From NCBI RefSeq assembly GCF_030682845.1, contig NZ_JAUXNK010000075.1:4234-68233 (forward strand): a stretch of 64,000 nt of DNA, given 5' to 3'. The translations under genes were made by a program, and so were the position numbers. The notes beneath the pieces are model-generated. The model saw nothing but the letters and a program-made list of their open reading frames with translations. It did not search any database and was not told where the DNA came from. Shown piece by piece: positions 30,279 to 39,355 of the stretch (position 1 is the stretch's first letter; every line of letters begins with the position of its first letter). The DNA is from Methanolobus sp. GTDB taxonomy: Archaea; Halobacteriota; Methanosarcinia; Methanosarcinales; Methanosarcinaceae.

Positions 30279-31037
30279 ATGCGAGTGAACATTTTCTATT
30301 CGGGTGAGTTTGGGAAAAAGGTGATCGGTAATCTTGTCAATTCCGACCGGTTCTGCGTGGCCTGTGGTGACCTGTGCGATCATTGCAGAGAGCTCAGACC
30401 AGGTTTTGGAAACATCATCACAGGAATCTTTGAATTAAGGAACGATCTTCCGGACTTCATTGAAGAGCCGATGGAATACATGCCTGACATTGTTCCGAGG
30501 TGTGATCTTGTCATAGCCATTGATATAAATCCTGATTTACTTACAGTGATTCCTGAGATTGCAGAGATCTCAGGTGCAAAAGGTGTTATAATTCCTATCG
30601 ATGATTCAAAGATAGTTCCCGCAGGCCTGGCCGAGCAAGTGAGGCAAAGATTGGAAGAAAAAGGCATTGATTGTGAATGTCCCAAGCCTTTCTGTGCCCT
30701 TCACCTGACAGGAAAAAAACCTATAGATGATTTTGTTAAACTGGGTTTTGGGAAACCTCTCTTAAAAGTGGAACTGGGGCACGATGATGAGATCTTCACC
30801 CATGCAGAGGTTCTGAGAGACGCTCCCTGTGGCTCAACATGGTTCGTTGCGAAGAAGCTCAAATGGTCGGATGTCAAGGATTATAAGGATACCATCTCCG
30901 GAGCTCATCATTCTTATCCATGTACCGCAAGTATGGAGAAAGACTCTCAGATCGGCGATACTGTCCTGCATGAAGCAGGTTATATCATTAGGAAAAGTGT
31001 TGAAGATGCTATGAAAAAAGACGCTCAGAAAAAATAG
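30279..31037 (+). CDS. DUF166 family Cys-rich protein
   Basis: C..CGD.C..CR, PKPFC.L, FG.P, APCGSTW.VA, HHSYPC.ASM. Confidence 0.8.
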   Translation: MRVNIFYSGEFGKKVIGNLVNSDRFCVACGDLCDHCRELRPGFGNIITGIFELRNDLPDFIEEPMEYMPDIVPRCDLVIAIDINPDLLTVIPEIAEISGAKGVIIPIDDSKIVPAGLAEQVRQRLEEKGIDCECPKPFCALHLTGKKPIDDFVKLGFGKPLLKVELGHDDEIFTHAEVLRDAPCGSTWFVAKKLKWSDVKDYKDTISGAHHSYPCTASMEKDSQIGDTVLHEAGYIIRKSVEDAMKKDAQKK

Positions 31038-31121
31038 ACCGAAAGGAGTGACATTCACCCCTTCCTTCAACGGATTAGAATATCTCATCCAGAGTACCCT
31101 TGGAACAACAGCTGACCAACA

Positions 31122-33047
31122 TTAATTCACGACTATAACATTGTCATCATCTGGTGTTGCTGTATCATTCACAGTCTCAGTATCGTTTACTGTTTCTGTG
31201 TCTTCTGGAGTTTCATCCATTGGTGCTTCTTCGTCTACCGGAGCTTCTTCGTCTACTGGTGCTCCTTCATCCACTGGAGCTTCTTCGTCTACTGGAGCTT
31301 CATCTACTGGAGCTTCTTCATCTACCTCGCAGAATCCCAGAGTCACCCATGCATTGTCATCTCCCATCTCTCCGATGTTCTCGATTTCTAATGCAATGAC
31401 ATATCCTTCATTATTTGGTGGAAGTACTCCGTCCCAAGTATCTTCGAAGTGAACGACAATAGAAGTAATTCCGGCTTCACCAGTCTGGTTCATGTCCTCA
31501 GTCTGGTTCATGTCTTCAGTCTGGTTCATGTCCTCAGTCTGGTTCTCCATGTCCTCCATTTCAGTCATGTTCGCTTCATCTCTTACGAACATGACCTGGC
31601 CTGTCTCATTGTCCTCTATCTCAGTCCAGTTTCCATTCTCATCACTTACATGGCTTATCTGGTCTGCAGGCACATTGAGCATGACAGTACTGATAGATGC
31701 ATCCGGGAATGTTTCCAGGGTGTCACTTGTCAGTTCTATGTTTGCGAAGTAAGGGGTCGTTTCATTGTTAACTATCATGGTGGCATTCAGCTGACCATCA
31801 TATTCGCTCCTGTCTTCCTGAACAACGTTCAGATAACATGTTGTTATCCCTTCTCCCATGCAGGCTATCCACGCATTGTCATCCTCAGCATCACCGATGT
31901 TCTCGACCAGTGCTGCAATGACATAACCACTCTCTGTAACCGGCATGGTTCCATCCCATTCCTCTGTAAAGGTTATGGTGATTGGACCTGTTGCGTTGCC
32001 GTTCTCCTCAGATACTGTGATCTCTGTTGCGAAGTTTCCGAAATCATGTTCTTCCATAGCGGTCATCCTAGAAACGATCACTATAAGGAAGTCTCCGAAT
32101 GGCCTGTCGTCTGCTTCTTCCTCGATCTCTGTGAACTCAAGTTCATTTCCTTCAGCATCAGTCACACTTTCGATCTGATCTGCAGGTACATTGACTAGAA
32201 TCTTGCTTATCTGTGCACTCTGGAATGTTTCAAGAGTTTCATTTGCCAGCTCTATTTCGGCAGTGTTTGCTTCATCATCTATTATCATGCTTGCATTGAG
32301 CTGTCCTTCATATTCGCTCTTGTCTTCCTGAACAATGTTCAGATAGCAGTCAGCTTCTTCTGGCGCCTCTTCATCTACCGGAGCTTCTTCATCCACTGGA
32401 GTTTCTTCATCTACTGGTGCTTCTTCATCTACTGGTGCTTCTTCGTCTACCGGAGCTTCTTCATCCACTGGTGCTTCTTCGTCTACCGGTGCTTCTTCAG
32501 GCACACCTTCTATAGGTGCTGGTGCTTCACAGAAACCGAGGGTTACCCATGCACTGTCATCGGCAGTTTCTCCGATGTTGTTGATCTCAGTTGCTATGAG
32601 ATATCCTGCATCGTTACTTGGGAATGATTGGTCCCAGTCCTCCACCATAGTTATGGTGATGGTAGTAGCAGGTTCGACTTCTATATCTGCACCTGGCTCA
32701 ACGCTGGTAGTGAAAGTGCCAAGATTCTCTGCATCTTCGCTAACCTCATTTACTTGCCATTCGTTTCCCTCTGCATCAGTTACGCTTTCTATCTGATCGG
32801 CAGGAATATTGAGCAGTATGGTCTCAATCACTGCTTCCGGATAAAGGGCCTGAGTTTCATCTGTCAGCATCATTTCAGCTGTATATGGAACTGATGTGGC
32901 CACATCCATGCTCACATTCAATTGCCCGTCGTACTCGTCTTCCTGGACGTCGTTTAGATAACATGCCGCACTGGTAAGCCCGATTGACAGGAATACCATA
33001 ACAGCAGTTATCAACGCTATTCTTAACCTCGAATCATTCATTTTCAT
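31122..33047 (-). CDS. Secreted acidic protein with three copies of an unrecognised ~145-aa Cys-bracketed domain and acidic repeat linkers
   Basis: Signal peptide (..LTSAA); three CYLN..AW(V/I)..C units; (APVDEE)n and (EDMNQT)n repeats; no C-terminal anchor. Confidence 0.85.
   Translation of the reverse strand: MKMNDSRLRIALITAVMVFLSIGLTSAACYLNDVQEDEYDGQLNVSMDVATSVPYTAEMMLTDETQALYPEAVIETILLNIPADQIESVTDAEGNEWQVNEVSEDAENLGTFTTSVEPGADIEVEPATTITITMVEDWDQSFPSNDAGYLIATEINNIGETADDSAWVTLGFCEAPAPIEGVPEEAPVDEEAPVDEEAPVDEEAPVDEEAPVDEETPVDEEAPVDEEAPEEADCYLNIVQEDKSEYEGQLNASMIIDDEANTAEIELANETLETFQSAQISKILVNVPADQIESVTDAEGNELEFTEIEEEADDRPFGDFLIVIVSRMTAMEEHDFGNFATEITVSEENGNATGPITITFTEEWDGTMPVTESGYVIAALVENIGDAEDDNAWIACMGEGITTCYLNVVQEDRSEYDGQLNATMIVNNETTPYFANIELTSDTLETFPDASISTVMLNVPADQISHVSDENGNWTEIEDNETGQVMFVRDEANMTEMEDMENQTEDMNQTEDMNQTEDMNQTGEAGITSIVVHFEDTWDGVLPPNNEGYVIALEIENIGEMGDDNAWVTLGFCEVDEEAPVDEAPVDEEAPVDEGAPVDEEAPVDEEAPMDETPEDTETVNDTETVNDTATPDDDNVIVVN
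31218..31325 (-). repeat. 18-bp coding tandem repeat (APVDEE)
   Basis: About 6 imperfect copies of GAAGAAGCTCCAGTAGAT/C. Confidence 0.85.
31485..31575 (-). repeat. 18-bp coding tandem repeat (EDMNQT)
   Basis: About 4 copies of GAGGACATGAACCAGACT inserted within domain 3. Confidence 0.85.
32355..32500 (-). repeat. 18-bp coding tandem repeat (APVDEE)
   Basis: About 8 imperfect copies between domains 1 and 2. Confidence 0.85.
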
Positions 33048-33487
33048 ATTGTACCACCTACATTTAAGTGTAGTCGATAATGCTTTTGTTTCTAGTGTGT
33101 TATTCTCTTTGCGAAACATTGCTACATAATTTGCTTAGTGATTACATATCTTAGGTGGTAGCACTAATGCAAGAGCAATCTTGAGGCTATATCTTGTGAT
33201 CAAAAAGGCTGTAATAAATGATCCTTCTCTGCTTTGAGAACACAAGAAACAACAACATCAGGAGCTAAAAATATGCCCGATAAGGAACATTAGAACTACT
33301 GGAAATTAGAAATGGCGAAAGTTAATGGTAAGAAAGTTAATGGTAAAATATAAAATTGAATAAAGGACCAGTGTCGCAAATGAAAACAGTTTCAATTGCC
33401 GGACATTTCCCTTCTTCCACTGGTACACCTTCATTCTGTTACTATTCGTTTCTTGCAATCTGATCTATCTCTTAATCACCTTCTCAA

Positions 33488-35647
33488 TTATTCTGTATCG
33501 TTCATGTCTGTATCATTTACAGCTTCCATGTCCTCCATTGTTTCGGTCTCATTTGTTCCTTCAAGCATTGAAGGTGGCAGCATCACCGAGTCAATTACAT
33601 GTATGATGCCGTTGCTGGCTTCAATATCTGCTGTTGTTACATTGGCATCATTTACCATGACATTCTCGTCTTCTATTGTGACATTGATATCTTCGCCCTG
33701 TACCGTTGTCAGGGATTCCATATCTGCTATGTCACTGGCTGTGTACTCTCCTGAAACTACATGGTATGTCAGAACAGCAGTCAGAGCTTCTTCATCCTGT
33801 AGTAGTTCATCCAGTGTACCTTCCGGGAGTGCTTCAAAGGCTTCATCTGTTGGAGCAAATACCGTGAAAGGTCCATCTCCACTCAGCGTCTCAGTAAGAT
33901 TTGCTTCCTCCAGGGCCAGGACCAGAGTTGTAAAAGAACCTGCCGCGGTTGCTGTTTCGACAATATTCATTTCCTCTGTGGTTTCATCTACCTCGCAGAA
34001 TCCCAGGGTTACCCATGCACTGTCATCTCCCATCTCTCCAATGTTCTGGAAATCAACAGAGATAACATATCCTTCCTCGTTTGCAGGCAGAGTTCCATCC
34101 CATGTCTCATTCATGTAGATGGTAATGGGGCCTGTATCTGTTGCATTGGCCTCGTCCGTTGCAAATCTCTCGATAACTGTCCTGTTGTCACCCAGATCAA
34201 CCAATGTCCAGTTTCCATGCGGAGCTGTTACATTGTCTATCTGGTCTGCAGGGATATTGAACAGGATGGTTTCGATCATCGTGTCCGGGAACGTCTCAAG
34301 AGTTTCATTTGTAAGCTCGATCTCAATGAAATAAGGCTCTGTTTCATTGCTGATCATCATGGTTGCATTGAGGTCATCTGCATATTCACTCTTGTTCTCC
34401 TCAACAAGGTTGATATAACACAGGGTCATCATGTCAACCGGTGGCTCTTCCACAGGCGGTTCCTCTATTGGTGGCTCTTCCACTGGAGGTTCCTCAACAG
34501 GTGGTTCTTCTACTGGCGGTTCTTCAACAGGTGGTTCTTCCACTGCTGGTTCTGTCTCGCAGAAACCAAGTGTCACCCATGCACTGTCATTACCCATCTC
34601 TCCGATATCTTCGATGTTCGCAGCTATCACATATCCTTCCTCATTCTCTGGGAATGTACCGTTCCAGCTGTCGTCGAAGTATATTGTGACAGGACCTGTT
34701 GCATTGCTGCTGGTCTCATTGATGGTTATCTTTGTAATGAACTGGCCGAACGGGTTCATCATATCCTCACTCATGGTGAGCATTGTAGTGAAATTACCAA
34801 ACGGATTTGGTTCTTCCTCCACTATCTCCGTTATTTCCCACTCGTTCCCAAGTGTATCGTTTGCATTGACTATCTGATCCGCTGGCACATTCAGCACTAT
34901 TGTCGTTAATGTTGCATTCGGGAACGTTTCCTGGGTGTCATTCGTCAGTTCGATCTCAGCCGTGTAGGGCGTGGTTTCATTATTGACGATCATTGTAGCG
35001 TTCAGATCACCATCATACTGTGTCTTGTTCTCTTCAACAATGTTCAGGTAGCATGTTGTTACATTGGTAACGTTCTCGGCGGGTTCTTCCCCGTTGACTG
35101 GTTCCTCGTCATCTACAGGCACATCATCTATGGGTGTGTCCTCATCACAGAATCCCAGGGTTACCCATGCACTGTCATCCTCCATCTCTCCAATGTTCTC
35201 TATATCGACTGCTATAACGTATCCTTCATCGTTCTCCGGGAATGTTCCGTTCCAGCTGTCATTGAAGTTTATGATTACAGGACCTGATGCATTCTCGGTG
35301 TTCTCGTCTATATCAGCCGTTATGATAGTATTGGTCTGACCTTGTTCATCTATCTCTACTATTGACCAGTTCCCGGCTGCACTGCTTGCACTCTCTATCT
35401 GGTCTGCAGGGACATTCAATAGAATAGTGGTCATAGTAGCGTTCGGGAAAACTTCCAGAGTTTCATTGCTCAGCTCGATCTCAGCTGAGTATGGTGTGGT
35501 CTGGTTGTTTATGGTCATTGTTGCGTTGAGGTCGCCATCATACTGGCTCTTATTCTCCTCAACTAAATTTATATAGCATGCCGCGTTCGCAAAGCCTATA
35601 GAAAGGACCGCAATCGCAACAGCTAAAAGCAATATTCTTTGTTTCAT
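33488..35647 (-). CDS. Secreted acidic glycoprotein: three copies of the same domain plus C-terminal fasciclin (FAS1) domain
   Basis: Signal peptide (..FANAA); three CY(I/L)N..AWVTLGFC units; FAS1 H1 (FTVFAPTDEAF) and H2 (NGIIHVIDSVMLP); more than 35 NxS/T sequons by hand count. Confidence 0.88.
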   Translation of the reverse strand: MKQRILLLAVAIAVLSIGFANAACYINLVEENKSQYDGDLNATMTINNQTTPYSAEIELSNETLEVFPNATMTTILLNVPADQIESASSAAGNWSIVEIDEQGQTNTIITADIDENTENASGPVIINFNDSWNGTFPENDEGYVIAVDIENIGEMEDDSAWVTLGFCDEDTPIDDVPVDDEEPVNGEEPAENVTNVTTCYLNIVEENKTQYDGDLNATMIVNNETTPYTAEIELTNDTQETFPNATLTTIVLNVPADQIVNANDTLGNEWEITEIVEEEPNPFGNFTTMLTMSEDMMNPFGQFITKITINETSSNATGPVTIYFDDSWNGTFPENEEGYVIAANIEDIGEMGNDSAWVTLGFCETEPAVEEPPVEEPPVEEPPVEEPPVEEPPIEEPPVEEPPVDMMTLCYINLVEENKSEYADDLNATMMISNETEPYFIEIELTNETLETFPDTMIETILFNIPADQIDNVTAPHGNWTLVDLGDNRTVIERFATDEANATDTGPITIYMNETWDGTLPANEEGYVISVDFQNIGEMGDDSAWVTLGFCEVDETTEEMNIVETATAAGSFTTLVLALEEANLTETLSGDGPFTVFAPTDEAFEALPEGTLDELLQDEEALTAVLTYHVVSGEYTASDIADMESLTTVQGEDINVTIEDENVMVNDANVTTADIEASNGIIHVIDSVMLPPSMLEGTNETETMEDMEAVNDTDMNDTE
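34438..34548 (-). repeat. 15-bp coding tandem repeat (EEPPV)
   Basis: Seven copies of GAAGAACCACCTGTT-like units. Confidence 0.88.
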
Positions 35648-35913
35648 TGTTGTACCACCCCACTTAAAGTGTTACATATAAGGTTCTTTTTTTTGCTTAA
35701 GGGGGTTGCGAAACTTAACTTCGGAGGATTGTAAAGGCAGATACATTCTGGCTTTTGAGTTAGATTGTAAAAAGCATGACCTTGCCGGTTTATGTATATA
35801 GTTAGCCACAAGTACCGCTGAAACCGTCTTAGCAGCAAAAGTACATTGAATAATGCACGGAAACAAAAATAGAACGAATAATATTTAAAAATAAAAGTCA
35901 GGAAGGAGTTAAT

Positions 35914-36537
35914 TTACTCCTTTCTGCGCTGTAACATGAATGCAAGACCAATGATTGATGCTATTGGAAGTGCAACGGTTGGAAACTCTGGAATCTCTTG
36001 GATGCTGGCACTGGTGCATTCTGCAAATGCCCAGACGGAACTAAGTTCTCCTTCTGTGCCAGTTGCATAAAGCACTGCATACTCTTCTTCCCCATTTTCA
36101 TTTACCCAGCGGATGTGGATCGCGATCTTAATCTCATCGGGACACGTATCATTTTCGAAGCCGGAGATGTTTAATCCAGTACTCCTAAGTTTTGCTTGAT
36201 CGATCTCGAATTCAGTACCATCGCTAAATTCATCTTGAAAAGGTCCTGACATTGGACTTTTTATGCTCCAGTTTATGGAGGGATTGTCATCAATTGCTGT
36301 TGTTGCGCTTGGCCAGATCTGTATTGTCTTGATGCCTGGATTCAGGATTCCACTACTGTTGTCAACAATGTGCAGTTTGCCGTCAATACATTCTATATCA
36401 AAATCTATGTCCATCCCTTCCGGGATATCATCACTATATTTCCAGCTACTGCAACTATAGGCAGCACTTGTAGTTCCCACAATCACTAGCATGCAAATAG
36501 CTACAGCTATTGTCACTATCTTTAGTATTGTCCTCAA
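35914..36537 (-). CDS. PEF-CTERM sorting-domain protein (TTG start)
   Basis: Signal peptide; C-terminal IPEFPTVALP-TM-QRRKE. Confidence 0.9.
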   Translation of the reverse strand: MRTILKIVTIAVAICMLVIVGTTSAAYSCSSWKYSDDIPEGMDIDFDIECIDGKLHIVDNSSGILNPGIKTIQIWPSATTAIDDNPSINWSIKSPMSGPFQDEFSDGTEFEIDQAKLRSTGLNISGFENDTCPDEIKIAIHIRWVNENGEEEYAVLYATGTEGELSSVWAFAECTSASIQEIPEFPTVALPIASIIGLAFMLQRRKE

Positions 36538-36703
36538 CTAACCACCCCAAACGGTATTTCAACTCTTAACTATCTGTTCTGAGGATATATACTTTTCTAA
36601 TTTATGTTATATGTATATCTATAATTAGGAGGTGTGTTATTCAGTGTTAACACTTTAAAACAGAATAATAAGCAGTAAAAAAGAGAAAAAGAGAGGAGTA
36701 AAA

Positions 36704-37342
36704 TTACTCCTTTCTGCGCTGGAAGAAGAATGCCAGACCAAGGATTGCTGCTATTGGGAGCGCAACAGTTGGGAACTCTGGAATCTCGTTTATTCCACTG
36801 CCGCCATTGGTGCAGCGTGTGAATGCCCAGACGGAGCTAAGTTCCTCTTCCTCAACTGGACAACCATTTGCGAAAAGTACACCCTGCATCATTTCGCCAT
36901 TTTCATTTTCCCAGCGGATGTGGATTGCAAGTGCAATCTCTTCGGGACACTTTCCATCATTAAAGAGTATGCTTACTCCGGTGCTTCTCTTGTTTGCCTG
37001 ATCTATCTCAAACTCAACGCCATCAGCAAATTCATTTTTGAATGGTCCTGTCATAGGAGACTTTGGACTCCATTTTATGGCTGTATCATCATCAATGACT
37101 TGTGTTGCAGTTGATGTATTAGACCATATCTGTATTGTCTTTATGCCTGGATTCAGAATGCCGCTACTGTTGTCAACAATTGACAACATGCCATTGTCAC
37201 ATTCTATATCAAAGTCAATATCAATTCCTTGAGGGAGCTCATCGCTGTATTGCCAGTCGTCACAAGTGAACGCAGCACTTGCAGTCCCTATAATCATTAG
37301 CATACAAATAGCCATTATTGCAGTTTTCAGTATCGTTCTCAC
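36704..37342 (-). CDS. PEF-CTERM sorting-domain protein, paralog of 35914-36537 (GTG start)
   Basis: IPEFPTVALP-TM-QRRKE; shared IVDNSSGILNPGIKTIQIW. Confidence 0.9.
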   Translation of the reverse strand: MRTILKTAIMAICMLMIIGTASAAFTCDDWQYSDELPQGIDIDFDIECDNGMLSIVDNSSGILNPGIKTIQIWSNTSTATQVIDDDTAIKWSPKSPMTGPFKNEFADGVEFEIDQANKRSTGVSILFNDGKCPEEIALAIHIRWENENGEMMQGVLFANGCPVEEEELSSVWAFTRCTNGGSGINEIPEFPTVALPIAAILGLAFFFQRRKE

Positions 37343-37523
37343 CTTACCACCTCTATTTGATATATTCATTCCTTATCTCTCTTCCTGAGGATATATACTT
37401 TTCTAATTTGTGCATGAAGTGATTGTGATGATGATGATGAGATTCAGCATTTATGCTTAATCTTAAAATATGACTATTTAATTTAAAAAAGTAAGGAGAG
37501 GATTAAAGCTTACGAATGTAAGC

Positions 37524-38141
37524 TTATTCTTTCTTGCGCTGGAACATGAACGCAAGTCCCAGTATTGCTGCAATTGGCAGTGCAACTGTTGGGAACTCAG
37601 GGATTTCCTGTACAGGGCCGCCGTTATCCTCGCTGTTGTCCTGGTATCCCAGCCATACACTCTCAGGGCATTCGGGCAGTCTTGTAACGTGCAGAACTAT
37701 GGAGTAGTTGTTCGCATTCTTCGGAAGCACGCCATCCCAGTCTTGGTCCATCTGTATCTTGATGTACTTTACAGTTCCCTGGTTGCCGCTTTCCCTGTCA
37801 ACTGCTGTGAGCATTGCTCCGTATCCTGCATTACCCTGACCTTTGTCATCCTCGACTACCCAGTCGACTTTTGGGTTGTCATCTGTGACACTTACAATCT
37901 TGTCTGCAGGGATGTTAAGCAGTAATGTCTTCATAGAAACCTTGGCAGTTGTTGGCTGCAGGATCTGAAGTTCTACTGTTTTGTCTGCGTCATTGACTTT
38001 GATTAAAACGTCGATATCGCCTTTGTAGTATTCGTTCGCATTTTCTTCAGTCAGGTGAAATTCATTCACTGCTGCACTGGCTGTTCCTAAGACCATGAGC
38101 AGGCAAGCTGCCATGATCATTCTGAGTAGTGTGTTTTTCAT
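37524..38141 (-). CDS. PEF-CTERM protein carrying one copy of the repeated domain
   Basis: IPEFPT-TM-QRKKE; LLLNIPADKIVSVTD and DWDGVLPKN match the large proteins. Confidence 0.9.
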   Translation of the reverse strand: MKNTLLRMIMAACLLMVLGTASAAVNEFHLTEENANEYYKGDIDVLIKVNDADKTVELQILQPTTAKVSMKTLLLNIPADKIVSVTDDNPKVDWVVEDDKGQGNAGYGAMLTAVDRESGNQGTVKYIKIQMDQDWDGVLPKNANNYSIVLHVTRLPECPESVWLGYQDNSEDNGGPVQEIPEFPTVALPIAAILGLAFMFQRKKE

Positions 38142-38440
38142 CGTACCACCTTATTTAAGTACAGGCGCACATGACCTCTCTACCTATTTATATTTACCTC
38201 TTGAAATATTAAAGGGTCTAATTATAATTAGGCTCAAAGAGGCTGTTATATATCTGTTTCTCTACTGCCAGGCATATTTACCAATTATCTGCAACAACTC
38301 TGAAAAGAGTTTAGCTTAATTTTCTCTCATATTATGGTCGCCGAGGCCAAATTGTCTGCGGTGCCAGGAATTTATGCCTCATCCGGAACTAATGACTTCA
38401 TCACTTCTAATCGCGCCTGAGTTGCCGCACTGATGGATGT

Positions 38441-38467
38441 TACTCATAAAGTTTATATTTATGAGTA
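38441..38467. promoter_or_regulatory. Perfect 10-bp inverted repeat overlapping a TATA-like element
   Basis: TACTCATAAA-GTTTATA-TTTATGAGTA. Confidence 0.55.
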
Positions 38468-38545
38468 TGATAAAAGGAAAATATCGCTCTAATAAACGCG
38501 AATACTATATAAAGGAAAAAAAGGGAGGAACGGTGGAAGGAGGTT

Positions 38546-39151
38546 TTACTCCTTCCTGCGCTGGAAGATGAATGCAAGTCCCAGTATTGCTGCTATTGGC
38601 AATGCAATTGTTGGGAATTCAGGGATTTCGTTGATGTTGCCACCGTTATCCTGATATCCCAGCCAGACACTTTCAGGGCATCCAGGCAGCCTTGTAACGT
38701 GCAGAACTATGGAATAGTCATTCACATTCTTTGGAAGCACGCCGTCCCAGTCCTGTTTCATCTGTATCTTGATGTATTGTACAGTTCCCTGGTCGCCCTT
38801 GTCCCTGTCAACTGCCGTGAGCATTGCTCCGTATCCTGCATTGCCCTGGCCTTTGTCATCCTCGATCACCCAGTCAACCTTCGGGTTATCATCTGAGACA
38901 TTTATGATCTTGTCTGCCGGGATATTGAGAAGTACTGTCTTCATAGAGACCTTTGCATCGGATGGTTCTATGATCTCAAGTTCTACTGTTTTGCTGACAT
39001 CATTCACGGTGATCTTTACATCGATCTCGCCGTTATAGTATTCGTTTGCGTCTTCTTCGGTCAAGTGGAATTCAGTTACTGCTGCACTAGCTGTCCCCAC
39101 AATCATTAGCAGGCAAGCTGCCATGATTATCCTAAATATTGTGTTTTGCAT
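38546..39151 (-). CDS. PEF-CTERM protein, close paralog of 37524-38141
   Basis: IPEFPT-TM-QRRKE; near-identical core (GQGNAGYGAMLTAVDR, VLHVTRLP.CPESVWLGYQD). Confidence 0.9.
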   Translation of the reverse strand: MQNTIFRIIMAACLLMIVGTASAAVTEFHLTEEDANEYYNGEIDVKITVNDVSKTVELEIIEPSDAKVSMKTVLLNIPADKIINVSDDNPKVDWVIEDDKGQGNAGYGAMLTAVDRDKGDQGTVQYIKIQMKQDWDGVLPKNVNDYSIVLHVTRLPGCPESVWLGYQDNGGNINEIPEFPTIALPIAAILGLAFIFQRRKE

Positions 39152-39355
39152 TGTACCACCTTTTATGTTTGTACAAGTGCACAGTGTCCTCTTCTGATAT
39201 TTATATTCTCTGCTGATTATAAAAGTGCTCATAATGATGATGAGCAGTTTAGGTGCAGTGATATAGTGTTTTCTATAGTTTTGTCTACCTATACTTCATT
39301 TCTATCCTAACAACTGCAGTAAAAGAGATTTACTCCCCCGGCCTTACATTCATTT

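Noticed and set aside
33306-33434. 42-aa ORF with basic N-terminus and hydrophobic C-terminus after the fasciclin gene (possible detached anchor)
   Set aside because: No SD at the ATG; the hydrophobicity comes from a T-rich terminator-like tract that includes a 15-bp tandem duplication (33317-33346).
31218-34548. CRISPR array
   Set aside because: The repeats are contiguous, in-frame coding units of 15-18 bp with no unique spacers, and no cas genes are present.
38398-38404. Box C/D sRNA (GTGATGA on the minus strand)
   Set aside because: No canonical CTGA D box at a suitable distance downstream on the same strand.
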